In this document: piece by piece, positions 26,480-35,823 of the stretch | Position numbering within the stretch: position 1 is the stretch's first letter | Layout of the letters: every line of letters starts with the position of its first letter | Assembly (NCBI GenBank): GCA_964595075.1 | Contig: CAZQNT010000003.1 | Coordinates: 7,666 to 65,188, forward strand | Length of the DNA: 57,523 bases | DNA from: an uncultured Gammaproteobacteria bacterium | GTDB taxonomy: Bacteria > Patescibacteriota > Patescibacteriia > 2-12-FULL-60-25 | Direction of reading: 5' to 3' | Translations under genes and position numbers: made by a program | Notes under the pieces: generated by a model | What the model was told of the DNA's origin: nothing | What the model saw: the letters and a program-made list of their open reading frames with translations, nothing else | The model's database searches: none

Positions 26480-27104
26480 GGGCGCGATTACCGCGCCAGG
26501 GCGGGAGAACCCCGCCTCTACGTTTGCTACGAAAAAACCCGGATTTTCCTTAATAGAGATGTTGGTAGTCGTCGCGATTTTTTCGGTTACGGTTTTGGTG
26601 TTGGCGCAGACGTTCGCTTCGTTCAATCAACTTCATCGCAGGATTTCAAACTCGACAGTTTTGAATCAGGACATGCGGTTTGTTACCGAGTCGCTCACGA
26701 GAGCTGTTCGACAATATCCGCTTACATTCGTAGGAGGGGGAATACCATCCAAGCAAAATGAGATTCAATTGAATCAGCCGGACGGCACGCTATACAGAGT
26801 AAAGCTTTCTGCTGAAGGGGATCCGGCTTGCGACGATCTGCCGTCCATCTCGTGTCTCTTGTTATCGAAAGACGGCGGAGCCACGTGGACGCCGATTACA
26901 GGCAAGCGTGTCAACGTGGAACGTTTCGACGTGTACGCGCGGCCTCCCGTATCGCCGTTTGAATCCGTCGGCGGAATTTATCCGAACGACGTACAGCCGT
27001 TCGTTACTTTTTCGATAAAATTAAGATACGTCGCCTCTAACTCGAAAGACGATACGACGCTAGAGACGCAGTCAACCGTATCGTCACGCACGTATCAACG
27101 CTGA
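26454..27104 (+). CDS. Minor pilin with an unusually long leader
   Basis: KKPG/FSLIEMLVVVAIFSV. The only in-frame starts are ATG 26454 or TTG 26439, upstream of the family B repeat. Confidence 0.65.
   Translation: MKIFSIGGRGAITAPGRENPASTFATKKPGFSLIEMLVVVAIFSVTVLVLAQTFASFNQLHRRISNSTVLNQDMRFVTESLTRAVRQYPLTFVGGGIPSKQNEIQLNQPDGTLYRVKLSAEGDPACDDLPSISCLLLSKDGGATWTPITGKRVNVERFDVYARPPVSPFESVGGIYPNDVQPFVTFSIKLRYVASNSKDDTTLETQSTVSSRTYQR
26476..26521. repeat. GTAG/GC-hairpin element (family B)
   Basis: GTAGGGGCGCGattaCCGCGCCAGGGCGGGagaaCCCCGCCTCTAC; its TAG is the stop of ORF 25880-26479. Confidence 0.85.
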
Positions 27105-27105
27105 T

Positions 27106-27924
27106 ATGAAATTATCACGTAACACGCGACACGCGACACGCAACGAGAGGAACTTGGCTGGAAACATCCTGCCGTTGGCTTTGATCGTGACGTTTACAAT
27201 CGTACTCGCGGGCGTCGGAATCGGGACGGTGGTTTTGGAGGGGTCGAGTCGAGCGCGTGAAATCGACGATAGCGTTGCCGCATATTATATGGCGGATTCA
27301 GGAATAGAGCGCGAGTTGTTTGAGTTGCGAAAGCGTGAAGCGACGCTTCAAGATGTTGCCGCGCTCTCCAGCCAATATCCAAACGCCGGAACTTGGAAAT
27401 CAACTGCTGCGATAGAGACGGCGGATCAAAAGACGTTTGAGACAATATCGCAGGGTGATTTTCACGTCGTGGATTTATTTGATCCGAACAATCTCGGCTC
27501 GGCTGGCGGCGTCGATCAATTGCAGATTGATTGGTCCGGAGCTGCGCAGCTTGAGATTGGTTACGCGCAATGGACGTCAGGAGCGATAGTGACATGGCCG
27601 AGCGAGGATTCGTATGTTTTTGAAACAGGAGCAGGTCCGTCATACACAATCGCAGGGCTAGACGCGACAAAGGCGTATAGATTTCGGATCAAAGCGATGA
27701 ACGGAGATGCCGCAAACGTCGTCGTGACCGCGTTTAACGGCGGATCGCCGGTTCCGTTTCCTGGCGACATCACGTTGTCCGCCGAGGGAACGTACGGAAA
27801 AGCGACTCAAAAAACCGCCGTTACTTTACCGAAGCTCGACGTTCTTTCCGAAATTTACGGTTTCGTGATTTTTTCGGAATGCCAGATATTGAAGGGGGTC
27901 GGAGGAGTCCCGATTTGTCCGTGA
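27106..27924 (+). CDS. PilX-like pilus-associated protein
   Basis: N-terminal TM (LPLALIVTFTIVLAGVGIGTVVLEG) and position at the end of the pseudopilin block. Confidence 0.5.
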   Translation: MKLSRNTRHATRNERNLAGNILPLALIVTFTIVLAGVGIGTVVLEGSSRAREIDDSVAAYYMADSGIERELFELRKREATLQDVAALSSQYPNAGTWKSTAAIETADQKTFETISQGDFHVVDLFDPNNLGSAGGVDQLQIDWSGAAQLEIGYAQWTSGAIVTWPSEDSYVFETGAGPSYTIAGLDATKAYRFRIKAMNGDAANVVVTAFNGGSPVPFPGDITLSAEGTYGKATQKTAVTLPKLDVLSEIYGFVIFSECQILKGVGGVPICP

Positions 27925-27925
27925 A

Positions 27926-27947
27926 GTACCAGGTACGTACCTGGTAC
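27926..27947. repeat. REP-like palindrome copy 6 (core only)
   Basis: GTACCAGGTACGTACCTGGTAC, 1 nt after the upstream stop. Confidence 0.9.
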
Positions 27948-28002
27948 GTATTCTGGCCAAGATTAACAATCCTCAATGTTTTTGAGTATTTTAAGTAGAG
28001 TG

Positions 28003-28034
28003 TGTGGATAAGGTACCAGGTACGTACCTGGTAC
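28003..28034 (+). repeat. REP-like element copy 7
   Basis: TGTGGATAAG + palindrome. Confidence 0.9.
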
Positions 28035-28127
28035 GTGTGTATAAACAAAGAGCGCACCGTCGGGAGACATGAGCGCGGAGTTCCGTCTTGCGACGGCGCG
28101 TCTCTTTGTCTCACGCGGTGCGCGAGG

Positions 28128-28316
28128 CTACTTCTGCGGTCCGGAGGAGTTGATCACGACGGTGCTGGTTCCAGGCCCGAAGCCGAGCATTCGGTCGTAC
28201 GTCTCCTTCTCGCTCTCACGAGACGTCAGCGACTTGTCCCGATCGCGGGAACCCTCGGTGTGCTTGCCCTTGTCGCTCTTGCTCGCCTTGCTGGACTTGC
28301 TCGAATGTTTTCCCAC
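28128..28316 (-). CDS. Small Lys/Ser-rich hydrophilic protein (62 aa)
   Basis: GTG start with AGAGGA 6 nt upstream; sits in a locally GC-rich stretch (~63% in two hand-counted 60-nt lines). Confidence 0.4.
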   Translation of the reverse strand: MGKHSSKSSKASKSDKGKHTEGSRDRDKSLTSRESEKETYDRMLGFGPGTSTVVINSSGPQK

Positions 28317-28451
28317 TGTATCCTCTTTTCTGCGCTGTCGCGCGGTTTGTCTGGAACTGTTACCAACGGTGCTTTATTAGCATTTTTTTTAGTTATTGTC
28401 AAGAGCGGTTGGTCTTCCACGTACTTCGCTTTTCCTCTATTTTTCCTGTAA

Positions 28452-30446
<1,995 letters not shown>

Positions 30447-30471
30447 GTCACCCATTCTCCATCTAAGTAAT

Positions 30472-30610
30472 GTGTCATTGCGAGGAGGCTCGTGCGACGT
30501 GGCAATCTTTATAAGAGATTTACTTTGAAAGATTGCCGCGTCGTTGCTACTCCTCGCAACGACAGGGGTATTAGATTGCCACGTCGCCTGCTGGCTCCTC
30601 GCAATGACAT
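30472..30610. repeat. Family E composite hairpin element (GTCATTGCGAGGAG...CTCCTCGCAATGAC)
   Basis: Three related arms: 30474-30510, the complement around 30530-30564, and 30575-30608. Confidence 0.75.
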
Positions 30611-30655
30611 AGGCCTCTATTCTAAAATCAGGTTTTCAGATACAATTTTTCCATT

Positions 30656-30958
30656 ATGCCACTGACGCGGAAAGAGGTAGAAACGCTTGCAGAGCTCGCG
30701 CGTTTGAAGTTGTCGGAAGAGGAATTGACTAGCGCTGAAAAAGATTTGGATTCCATACTTGGATATGTCGATCGATTGCAGAAAATTGATACGTCCGGAG
30801 TTTTGCCGCACGGAATTTCTTCGACTGAAATCGGGTGGCGTTCGGATACGGTTTTCGAGTGCGACGATGCAACGCGAGAATTGATATTGGCGAATTTCCC
30901 GGCGCGCCGTGGAGATCTTCTTGAAACTCCGGCGGTTTTCGAGGAACCGAAAAAATAA
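30656..30958 (+). CDS. gatC: Asp/Glu-tRNA amidotransferase subunit C
   Basis: 100 aa; LAELARLKLSEEEL..L..ILGYVDRL; immediately upstream of gatA. Confidence 0.85.
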   Translation: MPLTRKEVETLAELARLKLSEEELTSAEKDLDSILGYVDRLQKIDTSGVLPHGISSTEIGWRSDTVFECDDATRELILANFPARRGDLLETPAVFEEPKK

Positions 30959-30963
30959 TCAAC

Positions 30964-32394
30964 ATGCCAAAGCCACTCAACGAACTTACGATTTCAGAAT
31001 CTGAACAAATGCTGCGTGCCGGCGATGTTTCGTCGCGCGAGATAACTGACGCTTGTTTGAAGGAGGTCCGTTCGCAGAACGTCACGTTAAACGCATTTTT
31101 AGACGTGTACGAGGAAGAAGCGCGCTCTGCGGCGGATCGTTCGGATGAACGCAGAGCGGAAAGAAATTCGTTCGGTCCGCTCGACGGCGTTCCTATCGCG
31201 TTGAAAGATAACATTTTATTTCAGGAAAAACGTTGCACTGCCGGATCGAAGATGCTCGCGAACTATACGGCTACAACTCACGCTACCGTAACCAAGAAGT
31301 TGCTTGAAGCTGGCGCGGTGATACTCGGCAAAACAAACATGGACGAGTTTGCCATGGGATCGTCCACCGAACATTCCGCGTTCGGCCCGACGCGAAATCC
31401 GCGAGACATTGAACGAGTTCCCGGCGGTTCGTCTGGAGGAAGCGCTGCGGCTGTCGCGGCTCGGATGTGTTCCGCCGCTTTAGGATCGGACACGGGAGGA
31501 TCCATTCGACAACCCGCGTCTTTTTGCGGTGTAGTCGGACTAAAGCCGACATACGGAAGAGTTTCACGATCTGGTCTCATGGCAATGGCATCGTCGCTCG
31601 ATCAGATCGGACCCATCACAAGGACAGTTGAAGACGCGGAGATTTTGCTTGAGACAATCCAGGGATATGATCCGGCTGACGAGACAACGGCGGACGTTGA
31701 GAATTTTTCTCGTGTGAAGCGCGAGAGTCTGTCCGGAGTACGTATCGGTTTGCCGAAACAGGCGTGGGGAGAGGGGATGGATAGTGGAGTTCGCGAGCGC
31801 GTTGAACAGGCGATTAGCGTTTTGAAGGAAGCTGGTGCGGAAGTTCAAGAAGTGGATTTGCCTTATGCGGACGCGGCGTTGGCGGCTTATTATCTCATAA
31901 TGCCGTGCGAAGTTTCGGCGAATATGGCTAGATTCGACGGAATTCGCTACGGGATTCGTACTGGAGGGCTCCCGCTTTTTGAAACTTACGCTCATGCTCG
32001 AGCGAGTGGATTAGGTTCCGAAGTCCGACGACGCATCCTACTTGGGACGTACGCGCTTTCACGCGGATACTACGACGCGTACTATCTTCAGGCGAAAAAA
32101 GTTCAGACGTTGATCCGTCGCGCGTACCATGACGCTTTCGAGCAAGTGGATATTCTCTTAACCCCAACGGCACCCACAACTGCATTTAAGATCGGAGAAA
32201 AAATTTCCGACCCGCTTACGATGTATCTCGAAGATATTTTTACGGTCGGAGTAAACGTCGCCGGAGTCCCGGCGGTTTCCGTCCCATGCGGAGACTTCGA
32301 GGGACTGCCTGTTGGAATGCATCTGGTCGGCAAATGGTTCAAGGAGGCGGAGTTATTGTCTACTGCTCGCATTTATGAGGAACGACGCGGTTGA
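30964..32394 (+). CDS. gatA: Asp/Glu-tRNA amidotransferase subunit A
   Basis: Amidase signature GGSSGGSAAAVA and GSDTGGSIRQPA. Confidence 0.93.
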   Translation: MPKPLNELTISESEQMLRAGDVSSREITDACLKEVRSQNVTLNAFLDVYEEEARSAADRSDERRAERNSFGPLDGVPIALKDNILFQEKRCTAGSKMLANYTATTHATVTKKLLEAGAVILGKTNMDEFAMGSSTEHSAFGPTRNPRDIERVPGGSSGGSAAAVAARMCSAALGSDTGGSIRQPASFCGVVGLKPTYGRVSRSGLMAMASSLDQIGPITRTVEDAEILLETIQGYDPADETTADVENFSRVKRESLSGVRIGLPKQAWGEGMDSGVRERVEQAISVLKEAGAEVQEVDLPYADAALAAYYLIMPCEVSANMARFDGIRYGIRTGGLPLFETYAHARASGLGSEVRRRILLGTYALSRGYYDAYYLQAKKVQTLIRRAYHDAFEQVDILLTPTAPTTAFKIGEKISDPLTMYLEDIFTVGVNVAGVPAVSVPCGDFEGLPVGMHLVGKWFKEAELLSTARIYEERRG

Positions 32395-32858
32395 CGCTTA
32401 TGGATTACGAAACAACAACCGCCGGTTTCAATTATCTTCCAATCTTGTACGTCGCAATCGGGCTGGTTTTTGCGGTTTTTCTGGTTCAGCTTATTAGGAA
32501 ACTTAGCGGCGCCTTGTTGCGTCCGGAAATGTATGGCGTATCAAGACAGGAAATCAAAACAAGTTGGGAGAATATAAAGAAAACTTCGGGACAGGGGATG
32601 ATGGGAGCGAAAATCGCGATCATGGAAGCCGACGCGCTTCTCGATTCCGCGCTCAAGTCCATGTCCATGCCCGGATCGTCCATGGCGGATCGGTTACGCG
32701 TGGCGCGGTATAAATATCCAAAGTTGAATAAAGTCTGGTGGGCGCATAAATTGCGGAACCAACTTGTGCATGAATCGTCTTTTCAACTGGGATCCGGTCA
32801 GGCGAAACAGGCGCTCGACGAATACGAGAGGGCGTTTAAGACGATGAATTTGCTGTGA
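32391..32858 (+). CDS. Hypothetical membrane-anchored protein
   Basis: One TM helix (LPILYVAIGLVFAVFLVQLI); TTG start in the track, ATG at 32400 is possible. Confidence 0.55.
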   Translation: MTLMDYETTTAGFNYLPILYVAIGLVFAVFLVQLIRKLSGALLRPEMYGVSRQEIKTSWENIKKTSGQGMMGAKIAIMEADALLDSALKSMSMPGSSMADRLRVARYKYPKLNKVWWAHKLRNQLVHESSFQLGSGQAKQALDEYERAFKTMNLL

Positions 32859-33595
32859 TCCCATTCTTCGAGTCCCATCAGTATTTTCTTGGACCTCTGC
32901 GTTTGCAAACGTGGGGGACGTTTGTTGCAATAGGATTTTTAGCCGGAACGTTCATCGCGTCGCGTCGCGCGAGCAAGAAAGGATTGGATCCGGCGGTCGT
33001 ATGGGATTTGGCATTTTGGGCTTTTCTTTCAGCCATGGTCGGATCGCGTTTGTTTCACGTAATTTTTTACGAACCCGTTTATTATCTCGCTCATCCATTG
33101 GAAATAATCAATCCTCTCGCTCCCGGTTATGCCATATTCGGAGGATTTGCCGGCGCAGCGTCGGCCGTATGGTTCTTTGCGAAAAGGAAGGGCTTGGATT
33201 TTCTCGCATATGCGGATATCATGGCTTGGGGTTTGCCGTGGGGTTGCGGGATAGGAAGGATCGGATGCTTTCTCATTCACGATCATCCCGGCACTTTGAC
33301 CTCGTTTGTCGGCGCCGTTAAATATCCCGGCGGCTCGCGGCATGATCTTGGATTGTACCTTTCCGTTTTCGGTTTTGTTCTGGGTCTCGTTTTTCTACTA
33401 CTCGATCGAAAACCGCGAAGAAAAGGATTTTGGGTCGTCGCCTTTCTAGTGGCGGAAAGTTTGTCGAGATTTTTTCTCGATTTTCTGCGCGTTGCGGATA
33501 CAAGATACGGTCCGCTCACACCGACTCAATGGACTGTAATATTAATTTTTTCTTTATGTCTTCTACTGAACAAGCGCAAAAAGTTTTTCTCCTAG
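32855..33595 (+). CDS. lgt: Prolipoprotein diacylglyceryl transferase
   Basis: Polytopic; GGFAGA, GRIGCFL, HDLGLY motifs. Confidence 0.85.
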   Translation: MIPFFESHQYFLGPLRLQTWGTFVAIGFLAGTFIASRRASKKGLDPAVVWDLAFWAFLSAMVGSRLFHVIFYEPVYYLAHPLEIINPLAPGYAIFGGFAGAASAVWFFAKRKGLDFLAYADIMAWGLPWGCGIGRIGCFLIHDHPGTLTSFVGAVKYPGGSRHDLGLYLSVFGFVLGLVFLLLDRKPRRKGFWVVAFLVAESLSRFFLDFLRVADTRYGPLTPTQWTVILIFSLCLLLNKRKKFFS

Positions 33596-34224
33596 GATCT
33601 ATCGTTCTCGGAGTTCTCATCGTCGGCGGTTTGATTTGGGCGGTTACATCGACCGGAACAGGAATAGGAGTGGATTCAGGCGGTGGCGCCCCCGCATTCT
33701 CCGATGACAACGATCCGTCGTACGGACCGGGTGAAGCTAAAGTCGTTGTGCGAACATACGGCGATTTTCAGTGCCCGGCTTGCAAGGCCGCCGAACCCGG
33801 GTTTCGTTATGCGTTAAAAACCTACGGGGATAAGGTGCGTTTCGTATGGAACGATTTTCCGCTACAGAGCTTGCATAAGAATGCTTTGACCGCCTCTAAC
33901 GCCGCAAGATGCGCTGAAGATCAGGGGAAGTTTTGGGAATATCACGACAGGTTATACGACGACCAATCCTCGTGGTCGGATCTTATATCGCCGCAACAGT
34001 CTTTTGTTGAGTATGCCTCGGCACTCGGCTTGGACAAGGGTTTATTCGAATCATGCTTGGCTGAGAAAAAAAACAACAACAAGATAATGGACGACGTTGC
34101 CGAAGGAAATCGAATAGGAGTAAACGCGACCCCGACGTTCTTTATAGGAAATACGAAGATCGCCGGAGTCATGGATCAATCGCAATGGGATAAAGAGATC
34201 CAAAGCCGCTTGACCGAGAAATAA
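33556..34224 (+). CDS. DsbA-family thiol:disulfide oxidoreductase, membrane-anchored
   Basis: TM helix then the thioredoxin motif CPAC; start moved to ATG 33556. Confidence 0.8.
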   Translation: MSSTEQAQKVFLLGSIVLGVLIVGGLIWAVTSTGTGIGVDSGGGAPAFSDDNDPSYGPGEAKVVVRTYGDFQCPACKAAEPGFRYALKTYGDKVRFVWNDFPLQSLHKNALTASNAARCAEDQGKFWEYHDRLYDDQSSWSDLISPQQSFVEYASALGLDKGLFESCLAEKKNNNKIMDDVAEGNRIGVNATPTFFIGNTKIAGVMDQSQWDKEIQSRLTEK

Positions 34225-34275
34225 CCGCAAAGTATCTTACCCGTCACCGGGGCGATCAGGGTGGGACAAATGGGG

Positions 34276-34363
34276 GGGGGCGGGACAAGCCCGCCCCTAC
34301 CAATTCGGGCGAACACATCGGTCTCGCCCCTACGCTACTCACTACAAACTACTCACTACTAAC
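34276..34363. repeat. Cluster of two GTAG-type hairpins (reverse orientation) plus a TACTCACTAC doublet
   Basis: GGGCGGGacaagCCCGCCCCTAC (to 34300), GGGCGAacacatcggtcTCGCCCCTAC (34307-34333), CGCTACTCACTACAAACTACTCACTACTAAC (34333-34363). Confidence 0.8.
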
Positions 34364-34373
34364 TCTCACATAT

Positions 34374-35138
34374 ATGTCCATGCTTCAAGATGAATCTCCT
34401 GTGGCAAATTTCACAGGTACGCCGAAGACCATGTTTTTTCTTGGATTGTTTATTGGAATTTCATCGGTTACCACTTTGGCTCTGGCGGTTTTAGTCGGGC
34501 TTCTGGTTTCAGGCAAAGGACTGCCTGTTACGGGAGCAATCGCCGCGCAAGGAACCGCGCCCGTTGCCGTCGCGCCGTCGCCATCGGAGCAACCGGATGC
34601 TCCGCCTGCGGGTCCGGTAAAGAATGTCGATGAAGCAGTGGATCATATTCGCGGAAACAAGAGCGCGAAAGTGACTCTCATCGAATATTCGGACTTTGAA
34701 TGTCCTTTTTGTCTTCGACACGATGCGACGATCAAGCAGGTCATGAAGGATTATCCGAACGACGTCCGTATAATTTATCGTCACTTCCCGCTATCATTCC
34801 ATCCTGAAGCGCAAAAGGCGGCAGAGGCATCGGAGTGCGCCGCGAAGCAGGGTAAGTTTTGGGAAATGCACGACAAGATTTTCGAAGCCAATTCTGCCAG
34901 CGCCATGTCAGTTGCAAAATGGAAAGAAGAAGCGCGCAAGATGGGTTTGAATGGAGATAAGTTTGATAAGTGTCTTGATTCGGGCGAAACGGCCGCTCGT
35001 GTATCCCAAGATCTTCAAGAGGGGACGATCGCCGGAGTTGCGGGCACGCCAGGAACGTTCGTAAACGGACAATTGATCGAAGGAGCGGTTCCTTACGCCA
35101 CCATAAAACAAGCGATTGACGCAGCCTTAAAGGGCTAG
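34374..35138 (+). CDS. DsbA-family thiol:disulfide oxidoreductase, membrane-anchored (second paralogue)
   Basis: TM helix, Pro/Ala linker, CPFC motif. Confidence 0.8.
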   Translation: MSMLQDESPVANFTGTPKTMFFLGLFIGISSVTTLALAVLVGLLVSGKGLPVTGAIAAQGTAPVAVAPSPSEQPDAPPAGPVKNVDEAVDHIRGNKSAKVTLIEYSDFECPFCLRHDATIKQVMKDYPNDVRIIYRHFPLSFHPEAQKAAEASECAAKQGKFWEMHDKIFEANSASAMSVAKWKEEARKMGLNGDKFDKCLDSGETAARVSQDLQEGTIAGVAGTPGTFVNGQLIEGAVPYATIKQAIDAALKG

Positions 35139-35154
35139 GATAAGTCAAAAATCA

Positions 35155-35193
35155 AACCTCTCCCCTTAAGATAAGGGGAGATTAAGAGGGGTT
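35155..35193. repeat. Family F hairpin (AACCTCTCCCCTTA..TAAGGGGAG..AGAGGGGTT)
   Basis: Related to 47585-47685 and 52076-52226. Confidence 0.75.
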
Positions 35194-35228
35194 ATGATGC
35201 GTTTTGTATCGGTTCGAATCGGGTCGGC

Positions 35229-35257
35229 TTTACAACCTACCCGATTTGTGCTATATT
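35229..35257 (+). promoter_or_regulatory. Sigma70-type promoter TTTACA-17-TATATT with ~100-nt leader
   Basis: TTTACA 35229-35234, TATATT 35252-35257, upstream of the RRM gene. Confidence 0.4.
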
Positions 35258-35355
35258 GTTTGCAGCAAGTAAATCTTTTTCCCTCCTTAAACAAATAAGT
35301 GAGCAGTGAAAAGATCTTAGGTCGGCTTGCATATAAGATTATTTGTGAAAGGACT

Positions 35356-35823
35356 ATGGCGAAAAAGCTATACGTAGGTGGTCTGCCTTACGCAACCACC
35401 GAGAACGCTCTTCGTGAGTACTTTTCCCAAGCGGGCAACGTCGAATCGGCGATGATTATCTCCGATAAGATGACCGGTCGCTCAAAGGGTTTCGGTTTCG
35501 TTGAAATGTCAACGGACGACGAAGCTCAAAAGGCGATCGAAATGTTCAATGGGAAAGACTTCGAAGGACGCTCGCTCGTAGTGAACGAAGCTCGCCCCAT
35601 GGAAGCTCGTCCTCCACGCTCCGGCGGTTTCGGCGGCAGCGGCGGCAGTCTCCCGCCCCTGCAGCAGCCGCAGCCACGGCGGATACGGCGGCCAAGGTGG
35701 CGGACGCTGGTAATCACGCGAACGAACAAAAACCCCTCACGGGGTTTTTTGTTATCCACAGGGAATGTTTTTGATATGGTGGTATACTCGTTTCAATTCA
35801 TGAAACATTTTATTTTGATATGA
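35356..35823 (+). CDS. RRM-type RNA-binding protein; C-terminus probably frameshifted
   Basis: RNP2 LYVGGL, RNP1 KGFGFVEM, Gly-rich tail. The ORF as written reads through an intrinsic terminator. Confidence 0.8.
   Translation: MAKKLYVGGLPYATTENALREYFSQAGNVESAMIISDKMTGRSKGFGFVEMSTDDEAQKAIEMFNGKDFEGRSLVVNEARPMEARPPRSGGFGGSGGSLPPLQQPQPRRIRRPRWRTLVITRTNKNPSRGFLLSTGNVFDMVVYSFQFMKHFILI
35728..35751 (+). terminator. Rho-independent terminator
   Basis: AAAAACCCC tcac GGGGTTTTTT. Confidence 0.7.

Noticed and set aside
35205-35228. GGTTCGAATCGGG resembling a tRNA T-arm
   Set aside because: The flanking bases do not form a T stem, acceptor stem or anticodon arm. The site lies just upstream of the promoter-like signal of the RRM gene.
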